Below are positions 44,180 to 54,299 of a stretch of DNA of 64,000 bases, piece after piece. The translations under genes were made by a program, and so were the position numbers. The notes under the pieces are model-generated. The model was not told where the DNA came from and did no database searches. It saw nothing but the letters and a program-made list of their open reading frames with translations. The stretch covers positions 1 to 64,000 of IMG/VR virus record IMGVR_UViG_3300007735_000804; one strand, 5' to 3'. Every line of letters starts with the position of its first letter. Positions within the stretch are counted from its first letter, which is position 1.

Positions 44180-46457
44180 AATCTTCTTCCTCCGTCGATA
44201 AAATGTCAGAAACTAAACTTTCAAGTGATTGACGGGGTTCTTCAACCTCATCATTCTTCATGTCGTGGGTGTTTTGATAGTAGCTGGTTTTCCAGCCGTA
44301 CTTATATGTAGTCAAAAGGTCCTGTGCCATTACTGAAGTAGGAACTTCATTATCTGGGTAATGCTCTGGATTATAGGACCAGTTTCCAGAAATCGCTTGA
44401 TCAAAGAACTTTTGCATAACAGCAACAATATGAATGTACCCACGATTGCTAGACATATCCCACAGCAGCGTATAATTGTTCTTAAGTGTTTGATACTGGG
44501 GAACAATCTGCTTGAGTGGACCCTTCTTGGACTTCTTAATGGACAAGTACCCGCGAGGTGGTTCGATTCCATTTGTTGCATTTGACACAACGGAACTGCT
44601 CTCCGATGGCATCTGTGCGGACAGTGTTGAGTTCCGTACCCCGTATTGTAGTACTTGTGCTCTAAGACCTTCCCAATCATATTTCAACTCGTTTGGAACG
44701 ATTTCATCCACATCCTTCTTGTATGTATCAATCGGGAGAATCCCTTGTCCATACTTGGTACGATGCGAATATTCACAGGCACCTTTCTCCTTTGCAAGAT
44801 TAACTGTTGCCTGAATGAGATAATATTGGAATGCTTCAGTTAAGTCATGAACCAGTTTCCAAGCACCAGGATCATCGTAATGCTCACCGTGCTTGGCAAG
44901 ATAGTGTGCAAGACCAATGTATCCTACCCCAAGTGAACGACGTGCTCTGGTGGCGATTTCTGCTGCTCTGACGGGATATCCTTGAAAATCAATGAGTTCA
45001 TCAAGACTCCTAACAGCAAGATCGCAAAGAAGTTCAAGATCCTCATTAGTTTTAATTTTACCAACATTAATAGCAGAAAGGATGCAAAGAGCAATTTCAC
45101 CATCAGTATCGTCAATATGTTGAAGAGGTTTAGTGGGCAAAGTGATTTCCTGACACAGATTACTCATCTCAACTTTATCAATAAAAGATGAGTGAGAGTT
45201 GCAGTGGTCGATATTCATAATGTAAATACGACCAGTCTCTGCTCGCTCTTTTAAAAGTGAAAGAAATAGTTCTTGACCGCCAATAGTTTTTCTTGGAACA
45301 GACTCATTTCGTTCATAAGATACATATAACTCGTCAAATCCATCAGTGCCAAAAGCATCATACAAACCAGGAACATCGTGTGGAGAGAAGAGTGAAATGT
45401 CTTCGTTGCGGATGAATCGTTCATAGAAGAGTTTAGAGATTTGGATACTATAGTCTAACTTACGAACACGATTATCCTCGGTTCCTTTATTATTTTTCAA
45501 TACTAGGATGTCTTGGATTTCTTGATGCCAGATAGGAAAGTGGACTGTAGCTGAACCACCTCTGATCCCGTTTTGAGTGCAGCATCGTACAGTTGCTTCA
45601 AACTTTTTAAGGAAGGGGACAACGCCTGTGTGTTGTACCTCTCCGCCTCTGATTTTACTGTTGATGCCACGGATGCGACCTGCGTTGATACCGATACCCG
45701 CCCTTTGTGCAACATATCTGCCAATAGCCATATCGCTAGTAAAGATACTATCGAGGGTGTCATCAACATCAACAAGGACACAACTAGCGTATTGTCGAAG
45801 TGGTGTTCTAACTCCCGCCATGATGGGGGTTGGAATGTTGATTTTGTGCTTGGAGATTGCGTCATAATACCTCTTAACGTAATCTAAACGTGTCTCCTTT
45901 GGATACTTTGAAAATATAGTTGCAGCAATCAAAAGATACATAAACTGTGGCGTTTCATAAAGTGCCCCAGTGCTTCTATCCTGCACGAGATACTTATCAA
46001 CGACCTGACGTAGACCTGCATAAGTGAACAGATAGTCACGACTATGATCAATGAACGACTGAAGTTTATCAAACTCTTCATCGGAATACAGTGACAGAAT
46101 CTCTGGGTCATACACACCTCTACCCACACAACGCTCTACATGCTGCTTCACAGTGGGACAATCGTAAATACCTCCAAACAACTGCTTGCGAAGGGAAAAT
46201 AGCAATAGGCGGGCAGCAACAAACTGATAATTGGGGTGGTCCAGGTCAATCAAATCTGAAGCAGAGCGAATCAGAATCTCCTGAATCTCTGCTGTCGTAA
46301 TACCATTATAAAATTGAATCCCAGACTGCATCTCAACTTGTGAGGCAGACACACCAGCTAGATCTTTACATGCCTCTTCCACCATGACGTGGAGTTTATT
46401 CAAATCAAGAGGTTCTGTATTACCATCTCTCTTGACAACGTTTGTTCCGTTACTCAT
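44160..46457 (-). CDS. nrdA: Class Ia ribonucleotide reductase alpha subunit
   Basis: ATP cone VVKRDG, SCVL, SNLCQE, C-terminal CESCKI. Confidence 0.97.
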   Translation of the reverse strand: MSNGTNVVKRDGNTEPLDLNKLHVMVEEACKDLAGVSASQVEMQSGIQFYNGITTAEIQEILIRSASDLIDLDHPNYQFVAARLLLFSLRKQLFGGIYDCPTVKQHVERCVGRGVYDPEILSLYSDEEFDKLQSFIDHSRDYLFTYAGLRQVVDKYLVQDRSTGALYETPQFMYLLIAATIFSKYPKETRLDYVKRYYDAISKHKINIPTPIMAGVRTPLRQYASCVLVDVDDTLDSIFTSDMAIGRYVAQRAGIGINAGRIRGINSKIRGGEVQHTGVVPFLKKFEATVRCCTQNGIRGGSATVHFPIWHQEIQDILVLKNNKGTEDNRVRKLDYSIQISKLFYERFIRNEDISLFSPHDVPGLYDAFGTDGFDELYVSYERNESVPRKTIGGQELFLSLLKERAETGRIYIMNIDHCNSHSSFIDKVEMSNLCQEITLPTKPLQHIDDTDGEIALCILSAINVGKIKTNEDLELLCDLAVRSLDELIDFQGYPVRAAEIATRARRSLGVGYIGLAHYLAKHGEHYDDPGAWKLVHDLTEAFQYYLIQATVNLAKEKGACEYSHRTKYGQGILPIDTYKKDVDEIVPNELKYDWEGLRAQVLQYGVRNSTLSAQMPSESSSVVSNATNGIEPPRGYLSIKKSKKGPLKQIVPQYQTLKNNYTLLWDMSSNRGYIHIVAVMQKFFDQAISGNWSYNPEHYPDNEVPTSVMAQDLLTTYKYGWKTSYYQNTHDMKNDEVEEPRQSLESLVSDILSTEEEDCESCKI

Positions 46458-47425
46458 ACCTTCTTCCAATTGTTAAACTTAATTTTTGCTTCTAATCCAG
46501 AGTAGATATTTGATTTTAACACATCCATAACCTGATGTCCAGCGAGCACCATATCATTGATATCCTTTTGCTGAACAAATGTTGGCCAAATAATCACCTT
46601 GTCGCCTCTGTCGATGGTCTTTGATATTCGGTTAATGATTTCTCGATTACGTGGTTCGTTATCAAAAACGTAAATATAATTGCTCCAACCAAACGACCTA
46701 ATATTAATGTCGGACCCACACATAGCAACAGCATTTTGTACAAACGTGGAGTCGAAGGGTCCTTCAACAATGTAAATAGGTTTCGAAAAATCCACTTGGT
46801 CGAGACCGTAAATTTTGGGAGCATCATCAAAAAGCATCACGGTAATGTATTTAACCGGATTAGGACCCAGTGCTCTTCCCTGAAAACCAATCAAATTACT
46901 TTCAGTATCATACATTGGTATAATAATGCGACTCTCATCCCTACCAATAGTGTCAAAAGTAACTTTTTGAGTATTTGTCCATTCTTTAAATTTGTTAGCA
47001 AAATAAAACTTTTCGGGATCAAGTCGCCTTTTTTCCAAATAGTTTTTTGCTATTTCTACTTCTGATGCTTTAGGTAAATCCAGTTTCTTTTTAAAGACTG
47101 GTTTAGTGAACTCAAACTTGGGTTCTTCTACAACGAAGTTTTTTCCAGTGTGCCCTTCTTTAAACTTCTCCATTGTGTACTGTTTATACAGCACAGTATC
47201 AATCTCTTTGAGAAAGTTATTGAACGACATACTCGCACCACAATTGTGGCACTTAAAGTTGGTATTGTTCTTTACAGGATACAGATATCCCCTCGTCTTG
47301 TTCTTGTTCTTCTGGGAGTCTCCACAGATAGGGCAGCGGAAGTTGTAGAGATCCGTCTTGACCCTTTTAAATTTTTGCAAGCGTGATGAAACGAGTCCAA
47401 TATACTTGGAGTCAACAAAATCCAT
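46454..47425 (-). CDS. DNA primase, T4 gp61
   Basis: CPICGDS...CHNCG, VEGPFDS, FDNE, KDINDM. Confidence 0.95.
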   Translation of the reverse strand: MDFVDSKYIGLVSSRLQKFKRVKTDLYNFRCPICGDSQKNKNKTRGYLYPVKNNTNFKCHNCGASMSFNNFLKEIDTVLYKQYTMEKFKEGHTGKNFVVEEPKFEFTKPVFKKKLDLPKASEVEIAKNYLEKRRLDPEKFYFANKFKEWTNTQKVTFDTIGRDESRIIIPMYDTESNLIGFQGRALGPNPVKYITVMLFDDAPKIYGLDQVDFSKPIYIVEGPFDSTFVQNAVAMCGSDINIRSFGWSNYIYVFDNEPRNREIINRISKTIDRGDKVIIWPTFVQQKDINDMVLAGHQVMDVLKSNIYSGLEAKIKFNNWKKV

Positions 47426-47438
47426 TATGAAGGTAATA

Positions 47439-47861
47439 TTACTTCGTTCTTTCTATTATAGCAGGTGCTGGTTTAGGAGTCAAGAACGATGTGATTGATG
47501 GAAGCAGTCCAATAACAACCACAGCGACAGCAAGAACACCACCAATTTGCCATCTAAACTTAAAAAGATTTTCTACTTTTTGTTCTACTTTTCCTATTCT
47601 TTCACCCAATTCTTTGCTAATTTCTTCATGTTGTTCCTTTGAAGATTTTTTAATTTCTTCAATCATTGTAACAATGATACCATCAGTTCTATTACATTGT
47701 TCAATCTTTTCATTATGAATGGCAAGCATTTGACTAATATTTTGACTCGTCTCACCAATCTTTTGAATTGCAGTATCAATACGCTCCATCATCTGCTCAT
47801 AAACATTAATGCGTTCTTCAAGTAGTGCTATCTTTGTTTCGGTAGATGATTGCTGAAACAT
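47439..47861 (-). CDS. Coiled-coil protein with a C-terminal TM helix
   Basis: Probable start MFQQSSTE; heptads followed by FRWQIGGVLAVAVVVIG. Confidence 0.65.
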   Translation of the reverse strand: MFQQSSTETKIALLEERINVYEQMMERIDTAIQKIGETSQNISQMLAIHNEKIEQCNRTDGIIVTMIEEIKKSSKEQHEEISKELGERIGKVEQKVENLFKFRWQIGGVLAVAVVVIGLLPSITSFLTPKPAPAIIERTK

Positions 47862-47865
47862 TGTT

Positions 47866-48078
47866 TTACTGCGGTGGTTTTCTTCTTTGCATCCAACGTC
47901 TACGAGAACCTGCACCAAGATATGCGTTTTTCTTTTTTCTAGGAAACACGGGAGGCGTTTCTGTATTTGGATTAAACCCAAGACCAGCAGTGTTTGCTGC
48001 ATTAGTTGGTCCAGAAACCACAGCAGCATCTTCCTTTAGATGACGAATAGTTTGTATTAATCTATCTATTTTATCCAT
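47866..48078 (-). CDS. Small hypothetical protein
   Basis: Probable start MDKIDRL. Confidence 0.55.
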   Translation of the reverse strand: MDKIDRLIQTIRHLKEDAAVVSGPTNAANTAGLGFNPNTETPPVFPRKKKNAYLGAGSRRRWMQRRKPPQ

Positions 48079-48449
48079 TAGACTGCTTGCAATTGCGTAA
48101 GACACTCAACGTCTTCTTTGATGTCGTGAATTTGAGTTTTAGGATATTCTGGAAAACGATTTAAAAATAATAAAAAACTTTTTATTGATGGCCACAATTC
48201 TCTCTCTAAATTGTAAAATAATAATGGAACTGCAGCATCATTAAAGACATTGAAAAGTATAATTAAATGATTTAAGATAAGATGAGTTTTAAGCTCTCCA
48301 GTATTTTTATACTTTTTAAGTAATCTTTTAACATAACGAATTCGCTTCAAGTCAGATTGAAAATCCTCCATCGTAATTGCTTGAGGATTTTCATAGAATT
48401 TTATAGCAAATAACAAATAGTTATCTTCATTCAACTCATCAAATCTCAT
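48078..48449 (-). CDS. Conserved T4-like phage hypothetical protein
   Basis: LILNHLIILFNVF motif. Confidence 0.75.
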   Translation of the reverse strand: MRFDELNEDNYLLFAIKFYENPQAITMEDFQSDLKRIRYVKRLLKKYKNTGELKTHLILNHLIILFNVFNDAAVPLLFYNLERELWPSIKSFLLFLNRFPEYPKTQIHDIKEDVECLTQLQAV

Positions 48450-48455
48450 AGACTA

Positions 48456-49220
48456 TTATTTTGCTGTTGGATATAAAATACCGTCGGAACCAGTTGTAAT
48501 ACCAGACATTGCAACAAGAACTTCACTCTTAACTCTCAAATTACCATGTGTATCGGTATATGTCATAATTCCTACCCAACCTTGATGGGTAAATCCTCTA
48601 TAAGCAGCAGGAACAGAAGATGCGTCAGTTGAAATGCCATAAACTTGTCTATCATAACCATCAGTGTATCTCTTAAATGTGAGAGATGCTCCAGTGGCAA
48701 TTCCTGCAGAAATCGTAGATCCTAAAGTAATGGTGTTTGTTCCGAGTGTGGATACTACAAGGTCATTACCATTATTTAACATCGTATCTCCAACAATCAA
48801 ACCTGATGGAGGGACAACTGGAATAATACTAGTGCCAATATTAGCGTTTGTTGTTGCTGTTCCAGTAATACCTAAATTAATAAGAGTTTGTGCAGCATCA
48901 TTTCTGTTACTAAATGATGAATCGAGAGTAGTATATTTTGGAAGTTGGCTAATATAAAAACTTGTAGCAGCAATTGCAGCACCAGAAAGACCTGCAGTTG
49001 ATGCGATTGATAATTGAGTTGTACTTGCGATTCCAACAATTACCGCATCTCCAAAATATGTCCCACCACTACCACGAATTCCAAAACGAATTACATCACC
49101 AGTTGCAGCGGCACCAACTTGCCCAAAAGTTGTACCAGATCCAGTAACAACAAGGGTTGAATAGTTCAGGGATACAGTTCCGCCTGAACCTTTATTATCG
49201 TTTCTTCCCCAAAGAGACAT
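48456..49220 (-). CDS. Virion structural protein
   Basis: MSLWG...HQGWV...RVKSEVLVAMS; late promoter. Confidence 0.7.
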   Translation of the reverse strand: MSLWGRNDNKGSGGTVSLNYSTLVVTGSGTTFGQVGAAATGDVIRFGIRGSGGTYFGDAVIVGIASTTQLSIASTAGLSGAAIAATSFYISQLPKYTTLDSSFSNRNDAAQTLINLGITGTATTNANIGTSIIPVVPPSGLIVGDTMLNNGNDLVVSTLGTNTITLGSTISAGIATGASLTFKRYTDGYDRQVYGISTDASSVPAAYRGFTHQGWVGIMTYTDTHGNLRVKSEVLVAMSGITTGSDGILYPTAK

Positions 49221-49307
49221 TTGACGTACCTGATAAATTTCTTTTTATAATGATATTTATAAAAAAAAGAGACCTTATAAAAAGGTCTCCAATATTAAGA
49301 TATTAAC

Positions 49308-49487
49308 TCAAGGAGTTAAATCTTTTGCACCCTTTGCTTTTAGTTGTCCTTGAACTTGTAAAAGAATGAGTGAAAGAATGCCGTTGGACTTTACTTTTGG
49401 GTTTGCGCCAAGTGCTTCAGAAACTGCAAACAGAACTGTTGCAATTAAAGCCTGATTAGCAAGACACCAAGCGATGAGTGCCGACAT
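49308..49487 (-). CDS. 59-aa membrane peptide, holin-like (not in ORF track)
   Basis: MSALIAWCLANQALIATVLFAVSEALGANPKVKSNGILSLILL...; GGAGG RBS and CTAAATA promoter. Confidence 0.65.
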   Translation of the reverse strand: MSALIAWCLANQALIATVLFAVSEALGANPKVKSNGILSLILLQVQGQLKAKGAKDLTP

Positions 49488-49527
49488 GATGACCTCCGTG
49501 TGAAGAGTATCCTGTCTTATTTAGTAA

Positions 49528-51252
49528 TCAATCATATCTAGAATGCATATGAGATTGATCTCTTCTATTTGCCTGCATTTGAGCATATCTACCTGCACCT
49601 TGTCGGTTTTCAGGTCCACCATAGGTTCCACCAGGTTGATCAACATAACGGCGAGTTGATGCTCTTCTTTGCTCTTTTGTTGTACCACCCTTACCTCTTA
49701 AATGAGGATTTTGACCTCCAGAATAAGAAGTTACTGGTCTTCTACCACCAGGACCTGATTCTCCAGATTTCATTCTTTTTCTTTCAGAACCAGTTGACCC
49801 CAGACCTCTTTTTTCTTCTGCTCTTGCCTCATCCACCATTTCACCTTCTGGTTCATAAGACTGGCGAAGTTGTTGCATTGCGGCATCCATTTGTGATGCT
49901 CTATTTCCAAGTCTTCCAGCAATACCGGTATTTGAACTGGTTGTAGATGATGTTTGTTTTTTAGCAAGTGGATTTTTAATTCCCAATCTTGGATGACCAA
50001 GATAACCATCACCAGGTTGACCGCCCAAAACTTCATCAATCTGATCACCTTCTGGATCATAAGAACACTTAAGACCCATCGCTCTTAACTCGTTCTTTGC
50101 AAGATTTACTGCAGTTGGAATTGAGCGAGGATCCATTTCATCCTGCTCTTTTTTTGCTTTTTTGTCTGCTTGGGCAACAGTTTCTTCAGCAACTCTTTTT
50201 GCCACTTTAGTAGCAGTAGCATACATCACTTCTTTACCACGACCAGGATATCTCTTTTCAAATTCTTCTCCTTTATCTTTCATAGACTTTACAATCTCTT
50301 CTTTCTTTTTAGTTTCAGGTGCAGTCAAAGTTCTTTCTTGAACCATTTTAGCCAATTTCATTTCAGATTCTGAAAGTGGGTTGCCTTGCATATCATAATG
50401 AGCAACCTGCATGAATGAAGAAGATTGCTTACCACTACCAGGAAGTTCTGGAGCAATCACAACTTTATTTTCCCCTTTCATTACATCAATTTTTTTTCCA
50501 TTTGCATCTGGATTAGACTTTTCAGTATTCACTTCACCAAGAAATTCTTCAGAAACACCTTTTCTTTTTGCAATCGCTGCCCCAACCGCATTGCGACGCT
50601 TCATCAGATACTTATCAGACTTATCCTCATCACCATCATTATCGATATCACCATCTTCTTTACCAACAGGATCCAAACCTTTACCCGCTTTTACAGCAGC
50701 AGTATTAGCACCTTTTGATTTTTCTTTTTTTGCATCCTTATTAACTTCACTCATTTCAACGGAAGCAATATTTGGATTAGCACGAAGTTCTGCAATCTTT
50801 TCACGAGTTGCATCACGAGTATAAGTATTTCCAGTCTTCTTGTCCTTTACAATAACGTGATAGATTCTTTCACCTTTCTTATTAACTCTTGAATAAAACT
50901 CCTTCAATTCTTCTACTTGCTCTTCAACATTATCCTCTTTCTTTTCTACAAAAACTTTATAGAGAGCGGTTGCAATAGCATCTGTTGCCATATCTTTTGG
51001 ATCAACAGAACTCATAACCTCTTCCTTTACATTTCCAGTAAGCATTTGCTTTGCTCTTGCTTTTACTGCTGGAGCGGCAGATGACTTGGCAAGTTGAGCA
51101 AGATATGCTTTTGTAACAGAAGCAGGATCAAGTCTTGATCCACTCGTGGACTTCATCATCTGCTTGACTTTGTAGCGTGTATCATAAGCAAGCTGTCTTG
51201 CCTGCTTTTCAATTTTCTGTGTCGCGCCGACACCAGCTGTAGGTTTATCCAT
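49528..51252 (-). CDS. Large charged protein, probable internal head protein
   Basis: DGDIDNDGDED loop; repeated SY(D/E)PEG..(I/V)DE. Confidence 0.6.
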   Translation of the reverse strand: MDKPTAGVGATQKIEKQARQLAYDTRYKVKQMMKSTSGSRLDPASVTKAYLAQLAKSSAAPAVKARAKQMLTGNVKEEVMSSVDPKDMATDAIATALYKVFVEKKEDNVEEQVEELKEFYSRVNKKGERIYHVIVKDKKTGNTYTRDATREKIAELRANPNIASVEMSEVNKDAKKEKSKGANTAAVKAGKGLDPVGKEDGDIDNDGDEDKSDKYLMKRRNAVGAAIAKRKGVSEEFLGEVNTEKSNPDANGKKIDVMKGENKVVIAPELPGSGKQSSSFMQVAHYDMQGNPLSESEMKLAKMVQERTLTAPETKKKEEIVKSMKDKGEEFEKRYPGRGKEVMYATATKVAKRVAEETVAQADKKAKKEQDEMDPRSIPTAVNLAKNELRAMGLKCSYDPEGDQIDEVLGGQPGDGYLGHPRLGIKNPLAKKQTSSTTSSNTGIAGRLGNRASQMDAAMQQLRQSYEPEGEMVDEARAEEKRGLGSTGSERKRMKSGESGPGGRRPVTSYSGGQNPHLRGKGGTTKEQRRASTRRYVDQPGGTYGGPENRQGAGRYAQMQANRRDQSHMHSRYD

Positions 51253-51268
51253 TAGAAAGTCTAATTGC

Positions 51269-52591
51269 TTACTTTTTCCTATACTTATTTATGAATTCTT
51301 TTATATTATAACCTTTGTATGCTTTTCCACCTGGTTGAAGATTCTCTTTTCCTGTTCCGATTGCTCCTGGAGTCATATCAGAGAAATGTCTGAATGCACC
51401 TAAAGTTCCCTCAAGAGTATTGGGTTTTCCAGGTAATCTCATTTTACGATCCATTCTAACTTCGGTATATTCTCTCAAATCTTTAATCCAAGACTTGAAC
51501 ATCATACCAGACTCACTTACGCAAATCAAATAGTTGGTTCCTCTGCGAATAATACGACCAACCATTCCCGTATTCAAGTTCTCTACTAACTCACCAATTC
51601 TAAAAATAGATTCTTGGAGATAATGCTCACGAAGATTTCTAAAGTCAAACTTCGGTGCAATTTCCCATATATCCCACCCCTCTTTCACACTCATCGCACC
51701 ACGAAGCATATTGAATAACTCTTTCGCTTCTGCTGGTTTGACTTCTGGCGGAAGACCTGATCTGAATGTCTTAAAATCTCCCTCTGCAGCAGCAAGTCTC
51801 ATTCTTGAAGCGGACATTCCCTCTACGCCTTGTGCATCAGGATCTCTATCACCAGCAGAAACAACCTCAATATTATCAAAGTTATACAGTTGCCCATTAT
51901 ACTGATTTGACAGTTTTTCAAACTCTTTAACTCTATCTCCACCACCAATAATTCTTACACCAGCATATCCATTATTATGTGCCATTTTGAGCACATCAAA
52001 AATAGTTTTGGTGTTGGCATCGTTTACAATATTGCCCGCGTGATTTGGGTAAAACTTCTGCATATAAGCAATCTTTGTATCAGGGTCAAGAGGATTCTTT
52101 TTTTTGTCCTGACTTCTTGATGGGAAAATTAAATACTGCCCATCCTGATCCTGCGACGCTGCCTGTGCTGCAACATCCATTAACTGTTGGTGTCCAATCG
52201 TTGGAGGATTGAAACGACCGAATGCAACAGTAAGAGTTCCTTTTGTTTTAGGAACTGGTAGATATTGAGCAGGTGGTGCTTCTTGCGCTGCCATTTGCTG
52301 CTCTGGTGCAGGTGGTTGTTCTGTCGGTGCTTGTTGTTGTGCTGCCTGTTGTTGAAGTGCTGGATCATTATATCCAGGTGATGCTACTTTCTTTTCTTTC
52401 TCAGTTTGCGCTGGGTCTTTACCACCAACCTTTTGACGCTTATTATAAAACTTTAACTGACCACCTTCTGTTTTTGCTACAAATTCCCCTTGCTTATCGT
52501 ACCAACCGCCGTGACCATCACCAACAAGACCAAGACGCTGCGCTTGTTGAGAGGCAGTTGCTTCTGCGATGAATTGGAAAAAACTTTTCAT
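51269..52591 (-). CDS. Cyanophage cytidylyltransferase-like (HxGH) nucleotidyltransferase
   Basis: FGRFNPPTIGH, GMSASRMR. Confidence 0.85.
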   Translation of the reverse strand: MKSFFQFIAEATASQQAQRLGLVGDGHGGWYDKQGEFVAKTEGGQLKFYNKRQKVGGKDPAQTEKEKKVASPGYNDPALQQQAAQQQAPTEQPPAPEQQMAAQEAPPAQYLPVPKTKGTLTVAFGRFNPPTIGHQQLMDVAAQAASQDQDGQYLIFPSRSQDKKKNPLDPDTKIAYMQKFYPNHAGNIVNDANTKTIFDVLKMAHNNGYAGVRIIGGGDRVKEFEKLSNQYNGQLYNFDNIEVVSAGDRDPDAQGVEGMSASRMRLAAAEGDFKTFRSGLPPEVKPAEAKELFNMLRGAMSVKEGWDIWEIAPKFDFRNLREHYLQESIFRIGELVENLNTGMVGRIIRRGTNYLICVSESGMMFKSWIKDLREYTEVRMDRKMRLPGKPNTLEGTLGAFRHFSDMTPGAIGTGKENLQPGGKAYKGYNIKEFINKYRKK

Positions 52592-52644
52592 TATCTACTT
52601 TATAGTATGACTCAATACCTTTTAATACTTATATTTATTATTAT

Positions 52645-53508
52645 TTACCTATAGACTCCAAAAGGATCCAAAGCTAACTGTATTTGTTCTCCACCTTCTT
52701 CCCTTGAATCTAAACTAAAACCACTTTTTGATGGATTTTTATCTATTAATAATGCTGTAGAAAATCTATAATTCCAAGGTTCCGTGCTACTTCCTCCAGG
52801 TTTTCTTCTTACCCTCAATTTCAAAGTTCCATCAAATTTTTTAACTCCTATTTTTTGAAGTTGTAATGGATCAGAACTCATATAATATAATCCATATCCA
52901 CCTATTTGAATATAATGAGTTCCTTTTGATCCATAATAACTAAAAAGAGTGCTAGTTTGTGGCGCATTTGAACCACTCATTATAACATCTTTAAAATTTT
53001 GAATATCATATTGATAATCAACAGGTAACATATCCCTACCAGTTTTTGTTGCAGTAAACTTTTTTGGTGGACCATATTTACCCCATTCAGCATTAACTTT
53101 TTGAGCAACTTGAAGCCTGCTTAAAAGATTTCTCATTTCTATTGCCTCCGTGGTTGATGCTCCAGCAAGATACCAATTTTTTCCAGGAGCCCACTTTAAT
53201 CCACTTTGTCCAAAATCTGCAGCAGTATTTAATTTTATCTCAACTTTTCCTATTTGTTTTACAAGACTTGAAGAATATTTTTTTTGTCCTACCCCAGCCA
53301 CTCTAATTTTAAGGTCAGGCAACAAATTAGAAGATCCTGCGGGAGCAAATCCTGGAGGAACTAATCCAAGTTCTTTAAGACTAGAAAATAAATAATCCTC
53401 ATATATAAATCCACCGCCACCAGATTTTAAGTATCCTCCAGCACCTGCAGATTCCCAAAGATCATAATAATCTGGATCACCTTGAACTTCGCTTTGAACT
53501 ACTGCCAT
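52645..53508 (-). CDS. Hypothetical protein, possible PD-(D/E)xK nuclease
   Basis: Start MAVVQSEV after tRNA-Leu; YE...LPDL...VEIK. Confidence 0.5.
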   Translation of the reverse strand: MAVVQSEVQGDPDYYDLWESAGAGGYLKSGGGGFIYEDYLFSSLKELGLVPPGFAPAGSSNLLPDLKIRVAGVGQKKYSSSLVKQIGKVEIKLNTAADFGQSGLKWAPGKNWYLAGASTTEAIEMRNLLSRLQVAQKVNAEWGKYGPPKKFTATKTGRDMLPVDYQYDIQNFKDVIMSGSNAPQTSTLFSYYGSKGTHYIQIGGYGLYYMSSDPLQLQKIGVKKFDGTLKLRVRRKPGGSSTEPWNYRFSTALLIDKNPSKSGFSLDSREEGGEQIQLALDPFGVYR

Positions 53509-53531
53509 AAGTATTTTATTTTTATTTAGAA

Positions 53532-53613
53532 TGCCCAAAAGAGGACTTGAACCTCCACAGATATTTCTACAGGAACCTAAACCCTGCGCGTCTACCAATT
53601 CCGCCATTTGGGC
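53532..53613 (-). tRNA. tRNA-Leu(UAG)
   Basis: CAGGG-TT TAG GT-TCCTG; variable arm. Confidence 0.92.
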
Positions 53614-53616
53614 AAG

Positions 53617-53690
53617 TGGAGAATATCGGACTCGAACCGATGACTTCATCCTTGCAAAGGATGCGCTACTACCAACTGAGCTAATTCCCC
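53617..53690 (-). tRNA. tRNA-Ala(UGC)
   Basis: CATCC-TT TGC AA-GGATG; G3:U70 pair. Confidence 0.92.
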
Positions 53691-53705
53691 AATAAAAAAA
53701 TTATA

Positions 53706-54104
53706 TCACCTAATTGGCATTAGGTCAAATAATTCTGGGTGTAAATTTCCATACTTTCTCATCAGTTCTCCTGCTTTTGCATTTGCTTGATTTTCAATCA
53801 TACTTCCAGCAGATGAACTCATATTTTTACCTTGCATAACTTGCTTGTAATGAACAACCTCATGTGCAAAGGTTCTCAAAATATCCATAGGATGACGATT
53901 AACTACACTCACGTAAATAATTTTATTATTCATAATCCCAAATGCTTTTTCTTTTTTTGCAAAATCAGCATCATCCATTAACACATAAGGGATATCATAT
54001 GATAAATTTAATTCTCTTTTAAGAAATATTAAAAATCTTTTGAGAATTGCATCAAACTGTGTACTTGTAGTTGGTCTTCCTTTTCTTTTACCAAGTAAAG
54101 ACAT
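53706..54104 (-). CDS. HExxH metallopeptidase-like protein
   Basis: ILRTFAHEVVHYKQ...ENQANAKAG. Confidence 0.7.
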   Translation of the reverse strand: MSLLGKRKGRPTTSTQFDAILKRFLIFLKRELNLSYDIPYVLMDDADFAKKEKAFGIMNNKIIYVSVVNRHPMDILRTFAHEVVHYKQVMQGKNMSSSAGSMIENQANAKAGELMRKYGNLHPELFDLMPIR

Positions 54105-54116
54105 TTTTTAAAATAT

Positions 54117-54299
54117 TTATTCTACACCAAGGACGGCACTGATATTATCATCAAGGTCTTGAATGACTGCACGAATATCAGTAATACGTTCTGGAACATA
54201 GTTATAACTATATCCCCTCTGCGCTTCAAATAGAACTTGACGAACTGCGGCAGCGCAGCGAACATCCATTTTAATTGTTACTTTTTTTTCTTTAGTCAT
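54117..54299 (-). CDS. Hypothetical protein
   Basis: 60 aa, coupled to mazG. Confidence 0.6.
   Translation of the reverse strand: MTKEKKVTIKMDVRCAAAVRQVLFEAQRGYSYNYVPERITDIRAVIQDLDDNISAVLGVE

Noticed and set aside
53509-53649. N-terminal extension of the 334-aa ORF
   Set aside because: It runs through tRNA-Leu and tRNA-Ala; the start was moved to 53508.
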